Shown: piece after piece, positions 37,354-47,875 of the stretch
Layout: each line of letters starts with the position of its first letter
Numbering within the stretch: position 1 is the stretch's first letter
Assembly: GCA_963783855.1 (NCBI GenBank)
Contig: CAWAPE010000001.1
Span: 88,985-152,984 of the forward strand
DNA from: an uncultured Bacteroidota bacterium
Lineage (GTDB): Bacteria; Bacteroidota; Ignavibacteria; Ignavibacteriales; Ignavibacteriaceae
Reading direction: 5' to 3'
DNA: 64,000 bases
Translations under genes and position numbers: made by a program
The notes under the pieces: generated by a model
Told to the model about the DNA's origin: nothing
The model's input: the letters and a program-made list of their open reading frames with translations, nothing else
Database searches by the model: none

Positions 37354-37431
37354 TTAGGATCCTGTTAGCTTTAACATTTCCTTCCGAATTTCTTATATTT
37401 AGCTATAATATTTACTTAATTACCTGCAATA

Positions 37432-37890
37432 ATGGAAAAACAATTAATATATAATTTTGTTGATGACGACGACCTTTTGAGAATTTCCAATAAAATTAAG
37501 GAAATGGAAAAGCTGACCGCCGGAGAAATCTGTGTGAGCATAAAAGAGAAAAGAAAATTTAAGGAAAAGAAAAAATCACTTCGTGAACTAGCTGAAATTG
37601 AATTTTACAAGCTCGGAGTTGCAAACACGCGCGATAAAACAGGAATACTTATTTTTCTTCTGCTGAAAGACCGTAAATTTTATATTCTTGCTGACAGCGG
37701 AATTAATGAAAAAGTAAATCAGAAAACCTGGGACAAAATAAAAGATGAAATTCAAAAGATGTTTCAAAAAGGCGAATTCAGCAAAGGATTACTCTACGGT
37801 GTGGATGAAGTTGGCAAAATATTAAGCTCTCACTTCCCTATCAAACCAGATGACACAAACGAACTCTCAAATAAAGTTGCCCTGGATTAA
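37432..37890 (+). CDS. TPM (TLP18.3/Psb32/MOLO-1) domain protein
   Basis: 152 aa; TRDKTGILIFLLLKDRKFYILADSGI is typical of the TPM/DUF477 family. Confidence 0.65.
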   Translation: MEKQLIYNFVDDDDLLRISNKIKEMEKLTAGEICVSIKEKRKFKEKKKSLRELAEIEFYKLGVANTRDKTGILIFLLLKDRKFYILADSGINEKVNQKTWDKIKDEIQKMFQKGEFSKGLLYGVDEVGKILSSHFPIKPDDTNELSNKVALD

Positions 37891-37931
37891 TCATTTTGTA
37901 GTGTCCTGATTATATTTATAATATTTAAAAC

Positions 37932-37966
37932 AAAAAAGGCAGGCCCCCTACAGACCTGCCTTTAAT
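37932..37966. terminator. Bidirectional terminator between the TPM gene and the RND operon
   Basis: AAAGGCAGG (37935-37943) pairs with CCTGCCTTT (37955-37963). Confidence 0.75.
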
Positions 37967-37995
37967 TATACTTCATCGTATCTTATTGTCTTCAA

Positions 37996-40900
37996 CTAAT
38001 TCAGAGCATTCTCCATCTTATCTTTTTTATGCATCCTTTTTTCCAGGAACGCCATAAACTTTTCTTTCCACTGATCTACTTTTACATACATTACAGGTAC
38101 AAGTACAAGAGTAAGAAACATTGAGCTTATCAATCCACCGATTATAGCCCATGCAAGTCCTGATTTCCATTCTGAACCTGAATCTGTTGAAATAGCAAGC
38201 GGTAGCATACCAAAAACCATTGCCGTGGTAGTCATTACAATCGGTCTTATCCTGCTTTCCCCAGCTTCAATAAGAGCATCAAACACACTAAGTCCCTGTT
38301 CTTTTCTCATCTGGTTTGCCCTGTCCACAAGCAAGATAGCGTTCTTGCCAACCAGCCCTATCAACATTATTACGCCGAGAATCGTAAAAAGACTTAACGA
38401 TTTCATAGTAAGCGCGAGAGCTAAAAACGCGCCTACCATCGCAACAGGAATTGAGAAAAGTACGACTAACGGGTAAATGAACGAATCGTATAATGCGACC
38501 ATTACCATATACACAAATATTATCGCTGCAATCATGGCCAACCCAAGACTTCCGAATGAATCGGCCTGGTTTTTTAGGTCGCCCTCGTACTGAACTTCAA
38601 CACCCGCCGGCATTATGCCCTTTGCTACCGCGCTTTTAATATCGGCACCTATGCTTCCCGTCGGCCGACCGATTACCTGTGAATAAACTGTAACCGCGCC
38701 AATCCTGTTTCTTCTCTGGAGTTTTGTTGGACCGGTTGTCTGGTAAACATTCGCGAACTGCTGGAGCTCGATTAACTGACCGCGCGGGTTTTTGAAAGTC
38801 AGATGTTTAATGTCTGAAATTTCAGATTTATCAAAATCATCCAGCGCGATTAATATTGTGTAGTCATTTTCACCGTCCCTAAATTTCGAATCATCGTCAC
38901 CCGTAAGCGCGATTCTGAGCGATGCGCCCACCTCGGCAATATTAAGCCCGAAGTTGGCCAGTTTGCCCCTCTCGATGTCGATCCTTGTCTCTGGTTTTCC
39001 TTCCTCGGTAGACAGCCTTACATCGGCTGTACCCGGAATTTTCTTCACTACATCGGCGAGTATTTTGGCACCTTTTTCAACATCGGTTCTGTTCGAACCG
39101 GAAACAATAAGCTGGATCGGGGTCTGATTTGCCGTTCCGAAAATACCGATCGGGTTTACACGCACTTTGATTCCCGGTACCTTATTAACGAACCTTTTTA
39201 TTTCCTCGCCGATCTGGTCGGTTGATTTATTCCTGTCCTCTTTCGATACGAGAGTAACATCAATTTCAGAGGAGTTATTGGATGTCTGCCCGATTAGTCC
39301 TTCATTTGAAGCCCCTACCGTGACGAACGCTTTTTTAACTTCCGGGATCGTGTAGATAAACTGCTCCACTTTTTGAGTAAGCTGGTTTGTATTATATATA
39401 GATGATCCCGACGGCATTTCAAGTATAACCGCGAACTCCCCGCGATCAGTCTGTGTCATAAACTCTGCGCCTATGAATCCCAATGGAGCAAGACTTAATG
39501 AAGCAATAAACAGCAGAAGTACGGCAACAAGAACCTTCCACCTGTTCACCAGGCTCCACTTCAAAAGCAGTAAATATTTTTGAACCAGTGCTTTAAATTC
39601 TTTTTCAAACCATATTGAAAATCTTCCTATCAACGTTTTTTTTGAAAGTTGTTCCAGCTTTCCTATTCTCGAAGCAAGAAGAGGAGTAAGTGTAAAAGAA
39701 ACAAATAAGCTTAATAGTGTTGCGGTTACAACAACTATCGAATATTCTCTTACAATGTTACCGACAAGTCCGCCGGTCAGCGCCAGCGGCACGAACACTG
39801 AAACATCCACCAGCGTAATAGCGAGAGCCGCGAAACCGATTTCGTTTCTTCCATTAAGCGCCGCAACTTTCCTGGGCTCACCCTTCTCAAGGTGATGGTG
39901 TATATTCTCCAGCACAACTATTGAATCATCCACCAGGATTCCGACTATCAGTGAAAGTCCAAGCAAAGTCATCAGGTTGAGCGTAAAGCCGAACACGAGC
40001 ATCATCGTAAAAGATGAAATCATGGACGCCGGGATCGCCATCATAACGATGAATGAGTTGCGTATGCTGTGCAGGAACAAAAGCATAACGATACCAACGA
40101 GTATAACCGCGAGCATAAGATCATATTTTACCCCGTTCGCGGCGTCAATTGTAAACTGCGCGCCATCCTGCGCTATATCAAACCTTACATTTTCAGACTT
40201 ATAATCATTCTGCATTTTAGCTATTTCGTCACGAACAAGTTTACTTACGTCGACCGAATTGGCATCGGTTTGTTTCTGAACGATTACACCCACCGATGTA
40301 ACACCGTTAATACGGTTTATAGTTGAGTAATCTTTCCGCCCGTCTTCTACCTCGGCAACGTCTGACAGCCTTATGTCACCGCCCGACCTCGATTTGCCAA
40401 CAATCAGGTTACGCAGATCATTGATCGATTTAAATTTACCGGCAATTCTTACGATGAACTGGTCGGTATTATTTTTAATTTTTCCTGTAGGGTAATCCAG
40501 ATTTGATGCCTTTACCATCTGTACAATCTGCATTATGGAAAAACCGTAAGCCTCAATTTTTTCCCTGTTCAGGTTTACCCTTATTTCTCTTTCGTCGCCG
40601 CCCACAAGGGTAATCTGCCCTACGCCAGGAAGTTTGGACAGCCTGGGCTGGATCCTGTCTTTTATGAACTGGTAAAACTTCGTCGACGGCATATTGCTTG
40701 TCGCCCCCATCCTTATTACCGGAAGTTCATCGAGAGCAAATTTTGAAAGTACCGGTGTTTTTACATCCGTCGGCAGTGTCGAAACAATCTCGTTTACTTT
40801 TCTCTGGGCGTTCTGCAGCTGCACGTCAACATCCGCCGCCTGGTTAAACTGTATCACAACAAAGGATACTCCTTCGGCCGAGGTTGCGGTAACGTTATCT

Positions 40901-41130
40901 ATTTCATCCAGCGATGAGATAGCATCCTCAACCGGTTTGGTTACAGAAGTTTCAACTTCTTTAGGCGCGGCACCGGGATAAACTGTTGTAACAGTAATAA
41001 TCGGCGGAGTAATTTTCGGCAGCAGTTCATAATTCAACTGCGTGTAGCTGTATACCCCCACAAGCGTAAGCAACGAAAAAATCACAACGATAAGCGTCGG
41101 TCTTTTTATTGATAGCTCTGTAATTGTCAT
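37996..41130 (-). CDS. RND efflux pump, AcrB/HAE1 family
   Basis: 1044 aa; 12-TM/two-large-loop organisation; operon with MFP and TolC genes. Confidence 0.95.
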   Translation of the reverse strand: MTITELSIKRPTLIVVIFSLLTLVGVYSYTQLNYELLPKITPPIITVTTVYPGAAPKEVETSVTKPVEDAISSLDEIDNVTATSAEGVSFVVIQFNQAADVDVQLQNAQRKVNEIVSTLPTDVKTPVLSKFALDELPVIRMGATSNMPSTKFYQFIKDRIQPRLSKLPGVGQITLVGGDEREIRVNLNREKIEAYGFSIMQIVQMVKASNLDYPTGKIKNNTDQFIVRIAGKFKSINDLRNLIVGKSRSGGDIRLSDVAEVEDGRKDYSTINRINGVTSVGVIVQKQTDANSVDVSKLVRDEIAKMQNDYKSENVRFDIAQDGAQFTIDAANGVKYDLMLAVILVGIVMLLFLHSIRNSFIVMMAIPASMISSFTMMLVFGFTLNLMTLLGLSLIVGILVDDSIVVLENIHHHLEKGEPRKVAALNGRNEIGFAALAITLVDVSVFVPLALTGGLVGNIVREYSIVVVTATLLSLFVSFTLTPLLASRIGKLEQLSKKTLIGRFSIWFEKEFKALVQKYLLLLKWSLVNRWKVLVAVLLLFIASLSLAPLGFIGAEFMTQTDRGEFAVILEMPSGSSIYNTNQLTQKVEQFIYTIPEVKKAFVTVGASNEGLIGQTSNNSSEIDVTLVSKEDRNKSTDQIGEEIKRFVNKVPGIKVRVNPIGIFGTANQTPIQLIVSGSNRTDVEKGAKILADVVKKIPGTADVRLSTEEGKPETRIDIERGKLANFGLNIAEVGASLRIALTGDDDSKFRDGENDYTILIALDDFDKSEISDIKHLTFKNPRGQLIELQQFANVYQTTGPTKLQRRNRIGAVTVYSQVIGRPTGSIGADIKSAVAKGIMPAGVEVQYEGDLKNQADSFGSLGLAMIAAIIFVYMVMVALYDSFIYPLVVLFSIPVAMVGAFLALALTMKSLSLFTILGVIMLIGLVGKNAILLVDRANQMRKEQGLSVFDALIEAGESRIRPIVMTTTAMVFGMLPLAISTDSGSEWKSGLAWAIIGGLISSMFLTLVLVPVMYVKVDQWKEKFMAFLEKRMHKKDKMENALN

Positions 41131-41186
41131 TTTAAATTCCTTTTAATTCAATTTTCTATAAGCAAAGGCTCTTCATCAACCGGTTA

Positions 41187-42239
41187 TTATTTATTAATAA
41201 CTGTAACCTTGCCATTATCCTCGATATTATTCTGACCATTTACAACTATATCCTGACCTTCCTTCAGGCCGCTGATAACTTCAAGATAATTATCATATGT
41301 ATTACCGATTACCAGCTTCACGAGTTTAGCGGTATTGTTTTCAACAACAAAGACTTCCGGATCTTTGATGCTTCCGACCAATGCTTCCCTGGGAATTAGC
41401 AGAGCATCGCCTTTTGTAAGAGAGACAAAATTTGCTTTCCCGAACATTCCCGCTTTCAGCGGATGCTGTTTTGAATTCGGAAGATCAACTTCCACAGGAT
41501 ATGTATGTGCTTCATCTGCTTTAGAGCTAATCGTTGCAATTTTACCGTTGAATACTACACCCGGATAAACTTCCGTGGTTATTTCAACTTTATCTCCCAC
41601 TCTCATCTTAAATACATCGCTCTCAGAAACATTCACATATACTTTCAATTTAGAGATATCCACAACGTTAGCGACCGGTGTATTCATTTTCACATAATTA
41701 CCTATATCAACAAGCCGGGAAGTTACAACGCCTGAAATCGGTGTTGTTACTTTTGTATCCTCGTATTGTCGTTTTGCTACAATATATTGTGTCTCTGCTG
41801 ATTGATAAGCAAGTTTTGCGGCTTCAAGTTGTGAATCGGTTACAGAGTTTCCTTTGTACAAAGCCTGAAATCTTTCATAATCTTTTTTAGATTTTTCATA
41901 ACTAACCCTGGCTGCCTTCATAGAAGCAAGTTTTAATTCATCATCAATCTGGATTAAAACAGATCCCGCAGTTTTATAATCACCGACTTCTGCATTAACC
42001 TTTACCACCCTGCCCTGTGCTTCTGCAATAATTGCAACATCGTTGTTTGCCTGGATTGTACCCACCAGCTCAAGATTCTTGGTTACCTGTTTCTTTTCAA
42101 CTTTTGATATAGTAACAGGATAAGAATCAAATTTCAGGTTTGCCGTATCGGCCTTCATTTTAGCTTTATTGTAAAATAAAACTGCTATTATTACAGCAAG
42201 CACTAAAACTGTTATTGAAATATATTTTGTTTTTTTCAC
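41187..42239 (-). CDS. RND periplasmic adaptor (membrane fusion protein)
   Basis: 350 aa; N-terminal anchor, lipoyl/hairpin/barrel pattern. Confidence 0.9.
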   Translation of the reverse strand: MKKTKYISITVLVLAVIIAVLFYNKAKMKADTANLKFDSYPVTISKVEKKQVTKNLELVGTIQANNDVAIIAEAQGRVVKVNAEVGDYKTAGSVLIQIDDELKLASMKAARVSYEKSKKDYERFQALYKGNSVTDSQLEAAKLAYQSAETQYIVAKRQYEDTKVTTPISGVVTSRLVDIGNYVKMNTPVANVVDISKLKVYVNVSESDVFKMRVGDKVEITTEVYPGVVFNGKIATISSKADEAHTYPVEVDLPNSKQHPLKAGMFGKANFVSLTKGDALLIPREALVGSIKDPEVFVVENNTAKLVKLVIGNTYDNYLEVISGLKEGQDIVVNGQNNIEDNGKVTVINK

Positions 42240-42259
42240 TTTCTTTCCACCTTTATTAC

Positions 42260-43582
42260 TTATTCCCCAATTGATTTTTTTAATTGTGCGAGTGCCAGCT
42301 CATAGTCCACTACAGACTGAATGTAATTTGTTTTAGCCTGCAATAATGCAACTTCTGCATCAAGAAGATCTGAATTCAGCGCAAGGCCGTTTTTAAATTT
42401 TTCGTCTGTTACTTTATAATTTTCCTCAGCCTGATCTACACTTTGTTTTGAAACAGTCATTTTTTCTTCTGACTTATTAATGTTCAGGTAATTCCGGGTG
42501 ACTTCAAGAGTAACCCTGTCCTTCAAAATTTTATATCCGTCTTTAGCCTGCTCAAATTGTGCTTCAGCCTGATCTGTTCTGTCTGAAGTTGCTCCCCAAT
42601 TCCACAGATTAAAAGACATAGAAACGCTTACGTCCCATGTGCCGTTAAATTTATCCTGAGTCGGGAGAATTCGCTGGTTAGGGCGTGAATAATAATAGTT
42701 TCCGGTCAGGTAAAACTGAGGCCACCAGTCGGATTTTGCAGCTGTAATTCCCGACTCACTTGCTTTAACTCTATAGTCCATTGATTTCAATTCCGGGCGT
42801 ACGCTATAAGCTTTATCAAGCAGGTTGCCCAGATCACTTACATCTTTCGATCTTTTTTCAATATTATTAACCGGTTCAATTTCGGTCGAAAGAGAAATAC
42901 CTAGTATGTTATCGAGATTAATATTTGCAATTTTTACTGCATTTTTAGAATCGATTAATCTTAACTGCGCCTCTCCAAGCTGAACCTGGACTTTTAACAC
43001 ATCATTTTTTGTTGCAAGTCCCTGGTCAAATAAATTCTTTACATCAGTTAAATGAGCCTGAATCTGGGCAACGTTTTCTTCCGTGACTTTTTTTATCTGG
43101 TTCGCCTGAAATAATCCCCAGTATGCATTTTTAATATTATAGATCAGCTCATTTTTATCACTGTTAAAATCTTCCTTAGATGCTTTATAACTCAAGTCCG
43201 CCATTTTAGAGTTACTCTCAAGCTTAAAGCCCGTAAATAAAGGCTGCTGAAGAGCCACTTTAAAATTATAATTATTAAAAATTGCGGGTGAAATATTAAA
43301 ATTTCCGAATGGAGTACTTACTGAAAACGGGTCAACTTCGCTTAACCTTGTATAAGATGCTCCAAAAGTAAGTGACGGTAAACGAAACGTATTTACCTCT
43401 TTTGATTTTGCCTCTGCATATTTCATATTCATTTTTGAACTATGCAGAAAATTGCTGTTCTCAAGACCTACCTTTACACTTTCCTCCACAGTCATTTTCT
43501 TTTTATCCTGGGCGTATATAGAAAGAGAAACTGATAATCCCAGGATCATCAGCATTACCAATCTTATTTTATTTACACGCAT
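42260..43582 (-). CDS. TolC family outer-membrane efflux protein
   Basis: 440 aa; signal peptide; duplicated TolC halves. Confidence 0.9.
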   Translation of the reverse strand: MRVNKIRLVMLMILGLSVSLSIYAQDKKKMTVEESVKVGLENSNFLHSSKMNMKYAEAKSKEVNTFRLPSLTFGASYTRLSEVDPFSVSTPFGNFNISPAIFNNYNFKVALQQPLFTGFKLESNSKMADLSYKASKEDFNSDKNELIYNIKNAYWGLFQANQIKKVTEENVAQIQAHLTDVKNLFDQGLATKNDVLKVQVQLGEAQLRLIDSKNAVKIANINLDNILGISLSTEIEPVNNIEKRSKDVSDLGNLLDKAYSVRPELKSMDYRVKASESGITAAKSDWWPQFYLTGNYYYSRPNQRILPTQDKFNGTWDVSVSMSFNLWNWGATSDRTDQAEAQFEQAKDGYKILKDRVTLEVTRNYLNINKSEEKMTVSKQSVDQAEENYKVTDEKFKNGLALNSDLLDAEVALLQAKTNYIQSVVDYELALAQLKKSIGE

Positions 43583-43596
43583 ATTATCATATCTCC

Positions 43597-44223
43597 TTAA
43601 TCTTTTTTGTCAATATTATAGGATGACAGGTATTTTGTTCTGCCTTCATCCGTAAAAATTCCTTCAAACATTATTTTAATTATTGTTTCAAAAACCTGGT
43701 CACCTGTATAAGGCAGATTGACCAAAACATCAGGCCTTACTAATTCGGAAATTGCGTTCACATACATCAGTACAATAATTTGCTGATCAATATCTTTCCT
43801 GAATGCTCCTTTTCTTACTCCTTCTTCGATAAGGTCTTTAAATTTTGTAAACGCTTCTTTTTTCCTGTATTCATTAATTCCGTCCCAGATATCAGGATGA
43901 TTTTTCTGTAGATCTTCGGGTAAAACACCACGCAGTTTTGATGATTGTTTGGCTATATAATTCATAAGTTTTTTCAACTTATGAATAAAATCCATTTCCT
44001 GGTCATCACAAATAATATGGCAGTTGGTTTTAATTCTCAATTTCATACGTTCAACAATTTCTCTCAGCAATTGTTCTTTACCGTCAAAATACTTGTAAAG
44101 AGTTTTCTTGCTTATTCCCAAACTATCTGATATCTCATCCATTCTTACGCGAGTGTAACCATAATGAAAAAATATTTCTTCAGCCTTTACCAGAATTCTT
44201 TCTTTTACTCCATTTTCTTCCAA
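43597..44223 (-). CDS. TetR/AcrR family transcriptional regulator
   Basis: 208 aa; HTH RMDEISDSLGISKKTLYKYFDGKEQLL; first gene of the RND operon. Confidence 0.85.
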   Translation of the reverse strand: MEENGVKERILVKAEEIFFHYGYTRVRMDEISDSLGISKKTLYKYFDGKEQLLREIVERMKLRIKTNCHIICDDQEMDFIHKLKKLMNYIAKQSSKLRGVLPEDLQKNHPDIWDGINEYRKKEAFTKFKDLIEEGVRKGAFRKDIDQQIIVLMYVNAISELVRPDVLVNLPYTGDQVFETIIKIMFEGIFTDEGRTKYLSSYNIDKKD

Positions 44224-44245
44224 TTTCTCAACTTCCTTTCAATTT

Positions 44246-44273
44246 GGAAACCTGTATCGTTTATCTGGTTTCC
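44246..44273. promoter_or_regulatory. Candidate TetR operator, palindrome 1
   Basis: GGAAACCTGTATCGTTTATCTGGTTTCC: 7-bp arms GGAAACC/GGTTTCC, starting 23 nt upstream of the tetR start. Confidence 0.5.
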
Positions 44274-44328
44274 CTGTGAATCTAAAAAAAACGGTTAATA
44301 CCGTCTGTTTTCAAATAATATAAGCATA

Positions 44329-44356
44329 GGAAACTTATATCGTTTATTTGGTTTCC
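44329..44356. promoter_or_regulatory. Candidate TetR operator, palindrome 2
   Basis: GGAAACTTATATCGTTTATTTGGTTTCC: near-identical 28-mer, start-to-start offset 83 nt from palindrome 1. Confidence 0.45.
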
Positions 44357-44469
44357 AAAACTACAAAAATCTGACTATACGTGTCAAGTAAAATTTTCAA
44401 TAAATTATGGGTGGTAATAAATAATTAGAAATGGATTGAAAAAAGGAGGTATGGAACAAATAATAAAAG

Positions 44470-46008
44470 CTAATTGGAATTAAGGCTTCTTTCGTATTGA
44501 GTTTTAAATCTTTTAACCGCTTCATATATAGATTTGGCAATTTTCTCCTGCCCATTTTTAGTTTTTAATATAGCCGCATCGTGGTAATTGGAAAGAAATC
44601 CTGTCTCAATCAGAACACTTGGCATCGACGCACCAACAAGCACATAAAACCCGGCCTGCTTTATACCTTTGGAATCAATATTTAATTCACTTCCCATTTG
44701 CTTGTTCAGAATATCCGAAAATTCTTCCGAATATTTCATGTATGCTGATTGCGCCATACTAACAAGTATAAAATTTTCATCCGTAAGTTTCTGGTAGCGC
44801 GCCGGGTTATCCTCGTACTGAATTACGCTGTTCTCTCTTTCTGCAATTGCGATTGCCTCTTTTGTTCTGCCCGGACGCAGCAGGTAAACTTCAAACCCTT
44901 CCACGTTACTCGGTTTGTGAGGAGTGGAATTACAGTGGATGGAAATAAAAAGTTTTCCACCTTTTTCATTTGCAATTTTCCCTCGTTTATAAAGATCAAC
45001 TGCTACATCGCGTTTTCTGGTGTAAACTACTTTTACATCCTTAATATTTCTTTCTATTAAACGTCCAAGTTTTAAAGCAATACCAAGAGTAATATCTTTT
45101 TCCTTTAATCCACCAACGCCAATAGTTCCGGGATCAACACCACCGTGGCCTGCATCAATTACAATTACATCAAAATTCCACTTCGATTTATTTTTATCGT
45201 TGTCATCATTATTATCAAAAACTTTATTGTGCAAAGTAATAAGGATGTCATCACCTTTATCAGCATTCAGAACTTCGCTGGTAGTATATTCTTTCCCTAC
45301 TTTGAATTGAAACTCAGTATCATTCCCCACATTGCTAACCTTTATCTTTTTAACGAGTCCGCCCGGACCTTCTTCAGAGATATTACCAACATCAGCGTGA
45401 ACATCTCTGAAAATAATAGAAAGAACGCCGTCCTTAAAGTCAGTCGTATAACTTGGAATCCTTTTAGAAGATTTCACTCTGATTAAAGTACCGTTAGCCT
45501 TTTCATCTATAGAAATTCCGGGAATATCATAACTGCTATACCTGTTGTCGCTTACTGTCTGTGTATCCTCTGTCCTGGTTGTAAGAACAAGATGTCTGTT
45601 TTTATCTAAAATAAGATTTTTATCGAGTGCTATCTGCAATGGTTCTATAGAATATTTCAGGGGAACAAATATCTGGTTATAAATAAAATAAGTGGAAGTA
45701 GGCAACTGATAAACTTTTACTTTATTGTCACTGTTTGAAGTTAATACTACGAATGGATTCCTTGCAGTGAATTTCAGATTATAATCATCAAACTTTAATT
45801 CAATCTTTTCAGAAGCTGAGTTATAATAAGAATTTAACGACAGAGCTTTTGCAAAAGATTCCAGTGAGAAATAAATTGTACCTGATCTTTCATAAACTGG
45901 AATTTTGTTACTTTTTAAGCCATTGATTAATTCAAGCGTAGAAGATTTTTGCGCAAAAGCTGTGAGTGTAAAAAGCGATATGAAAAGAAATAAAATTTTG
46001 TTTTTCAT
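44470..46008 (-). CDS. N-acetylmuramoyl-L-alanine amidase (Amidase_3, AmiC-like)
   Basis: Track ORF starts at TTG 46038; ATG 46008 begins a signal peptide (MKNKILFLFISLFTLTAFAQ). Motifs VIDAGHGGVDPG and SIHCNS. Confidence 0.85.
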   Translation of the reverse strand: MKNKILFLFISLFTLTAFAQKSSTLELINGLKSNKIPVYERSGTIYFSLESFAKALSLNSYYNSASEKIELKFDDYNLKFTARNPFVVLTSNSDNKVKVYQLPTSTYFIYNQIFVPLKYSIEPLQIALDKNLILDKNRHLVLTTRTEDTQTVSDNRYSSYDIPGISIDEKANGTLIRVKSSKRIPSYTTDFKDGVLSIIFRDVHADVGNISEEGPGGLVKKIKVSNVGNDTEFQFKVGKEYTTSEVLNADKGDDILITLHNKVFDNNDDNDKNKSKWNFDVIVIDAGHGGVDPGTIGVGGLKEKDITLGIALKLGRLIERNIKDVKVVYTRKRDVAVDLYKRGKIANEKGGKLFISIHCNSTPHKPSNVEGFEVYLLRPGRTKEAIAIAERENSVIQYEDNPARYQKLTDENFILVSMAQSAYMKYSEEFSDILNKQMGSELNIDSKGIKQAGFYVLVGASMPSVLIETGFLSNYHDAAILKTKNGQEKIAKSIYEAVKRFKTQYERSLNSN

Positions 46009-46030
46009 TAATCTATAAAATAAAGAATTT

Positions 46031-46609
46031 TTACCCAATAAATGGAATCATAAACCCGCTTTTTGACTTATAATTCCTGAATTCCTCTTTGAAATATTTC
46101 CCGAGTATTTTGTCTTCCAGTGAAGCACGCATAATTAAAATCGGGATTTCAACCAATGCCAGCGGAATTACCAGGTAACTAAGAACTACAATTCCGGCAC
46201 CAAGATCCATTAGAATTTGTGATAAATACTGCGGATGCCTGATAATTTTAAACACCCCTTTCGTAACCAGTTTATGATGTTTGTGAATCAGGACTTCCTG
46301 AGAATAATTATCACCAAGTGTTTTGTAAGCATTAATCTGAACCCAGGAAAAAATAAGATAGACTATTAATCCAGCTAGCCTTAATGTCTGATAGTTGTCA
46401 TAGTAAGAAAATGTTCCAACCTGGAATATGCCGAATATGAATAAAATCAGAGTTAGAATAGAAAGAACAAGTGGAATTTTCTGAAGGAATGTATCCGGTT
46501 TTTCCCTGGTAACTGATACAGTTGATTTTAGCCCTTTCTTTGCACCGGTAAGGTTAGCTCCAAATGTTGCAATTAAATTTAGTCCTGCAATAATATTAAT
46601 TGGATCCAT
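46031..46609 (-). CDS. Isoprenylcysteine carboxyl methyltransferase (ICMT/PEMT-like) family membrane protein
   Basis: 192 aa, multi-TM; GVFKIIRHPQYLS motif. Confidence 0.7.
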   Translation of the reverse strand: MDPINIIAGLNLIATFGANLTGAKKGLKSTVSVTREKPDTFLQKIPLVLSILTLILFIFGIFQVGTFSYYDNYQTLRLAGLIVYLIFSWVQINAYKTLGDNYSQEVLIHKHHKLVTKGVFKIIRHPQYLSQILMDLGAGIVVLSYLVIPLALVEIPILIMRASLEDKILGKYFKEEFRNYKSKSGFMIPFIG

Positions 46610-46611
46610 AT

Positions 46612-46827
46612 TTAGCCTGTAGTTTTACCGTGCTTTTTCATGATAGCTTTCCATTCTTCAACAGAGAGCTCTTCGGATTCATCAATAAGCATTATAGGAA
46701 TATCTTCTTCAATCCTGTAACGCCTTCTTGTGTCCTTATCTGTTGAGACAAGTGTGTTGCCATCAAGTACGAGTTCTGCTTTAGTTTCAGGGCAACAGAG
46801 TATGTTAAGTAGTTCTTTGCTAATCAT
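46612..46827 (-). CDS. Trm112/UPF0434 family small protein
   Basis: 71 aa; LLNILCCPETKAEL N-terminus is typical of Trm112-like proteins. Confidence 0.75.
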   Translation of the reverse strand: MISKELLNILCCPETKAELVLDGNTLVSTDKDTRRRYRIEEDIPIMLIDESEELSVEEWKAIMKKHGKTTG

Positions 46828-46885
46828 ATTACTTCCAGATATATACTTTAAAATATGCTTTGATTATAAAAATAACCAGTCCAAT

Positions 46886-47452
46886 TTATTTCAATTCCGT
46901 GTACCTGAAACATTCTTTTACATGATCGTTTACCATTCCGGTCGCCTGCATAAATGCATAACAGATAGTTGATCCAACAAATTTGAATCCGCGTTTTTTC
47001 AAATCTTTACTCATCGCATCACTTTCAACAGTTTTTGCAGGAACCTGTTTCAGTGTCTTAAATTTATTGATTTTGAGTTCCCCGTTTACAAATTGCCATA
47101 TATATTTATCAAAACTTCCGAATTCTTTCTTCACTTCAAAAAAACATATTGCATTAATTTTAGCGGCATTTATTTTCAACTTATTACGAATAATGCCTTC
47201 ATCCTTCATAAGTCGATTTATTTTCCTTGAATCGTATTTTATGATTTTCTTCGGATCGAAATTATCGAACGCTTTCTTGAAATTCTTTCTCTTCTTTAGA
47301 ATAGTAATCCAGCTTAGTCCTGCCTGGAATCCTTCAAGTATCAGCATTTCAAATAATTTTCTGTCGTTATGACACGGAACTCCCCATTCTTCATCGTGGT
47401 ATTTTATATAAAGCGGATCATTTGTTGACCATCCGCAACGGGTTTTATCCAT
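46886..47452 (-). CDS. tag: DNA-3-methyladenine glycosylase I
   Basis: 188 aa; YHDEEWGVP, LILEGFQAGLSWITILKKR. Confidence 0.9.
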   Translation of the reverse strand: MDKTRCGWSTNDPLYIKYHDEEWGVPCHNDRKLFEMLILEGFQAGLSWITILKKRKNFKKAFDNFDPKKIIKYDSRKINRLMKDEGIIRNKLKINAAKINAICFFEVKKEFGSFDKYIWQFVNGELKINKFKTLKQVPAKTVESDAMSKDLKKRGFKFVGSTICYAFMQATGMVNDHVKECFRYTELK

Positions 47453-47464
47453 TTTCAGATTAAT

Positions 47465-47785
47465 TTAATTAGTAGAATAAATCTTCAATCCAACAAGACC
47501 AACTATTATCAGAAACATAAAAAATATGCGCATAAATTCTTTCGATTCCCCGAAAAGTATTATTCCAAGTATTGCTGTTCCTACCGCTCCAATTCCTGTC
47601 CATACAGCATATGCAGTACCTACCGGTAACCATTTTAAAGAATATGCCAACAGTCCCATGCTTATAAAAATGCAGACTACAGTAAAAACGCTGGGCCAGA
47701 ATTTTGTGAATCCTTCGGAATATTTCATCCCGATTGCCCAGGCTGTCTCAAAAATTCCTGCTATAAAAAGTATTAACCAGGCCAT
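47465..47785 (-). CDS. sugE: SMR family exporter (SugE/Gdx-like)
   Basis: 106 aa, 4 TM; [23 protein letters not shown]. Confidence 0.85.
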   Translation of the reverse strand: MAWLILFIAGIFETAWAIGMKYSEGFTKFWPSVFTVVCIFISMGLLAYSLKWLPVGTAYAVWTGIGAVGTAILGIILFGESKEFMRIFFMFLIIVGLVGLKIYSTN

Positions 47786-47875
47786 TATTAATTTAGAATG
47801 TATAATGAATAATGTAGAATTGGTCTTGCTTAAAATATGAATTTTTTGCCAGAGAAGGCAGTTGTAGAATTAAAA

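Noticed and set aside
44246-44356. The two 28-nt repeats might be a mini CRISPR array.
   Set aside because: There are only two copies. Each is itself a long-armed palindrome of operator type, the spacing is atypical, there are no cas genes, and they sit directly before a TetR gene.
47786-47875. Guanidine riboswitch upstream of the SugE/Gdx-like exporter.
   Set aside because: The 90-nt leader shows no ACGR-loop hairpin pair (guanidine-II) and none of the conserved stems of the ykkC classes that I could recognise.
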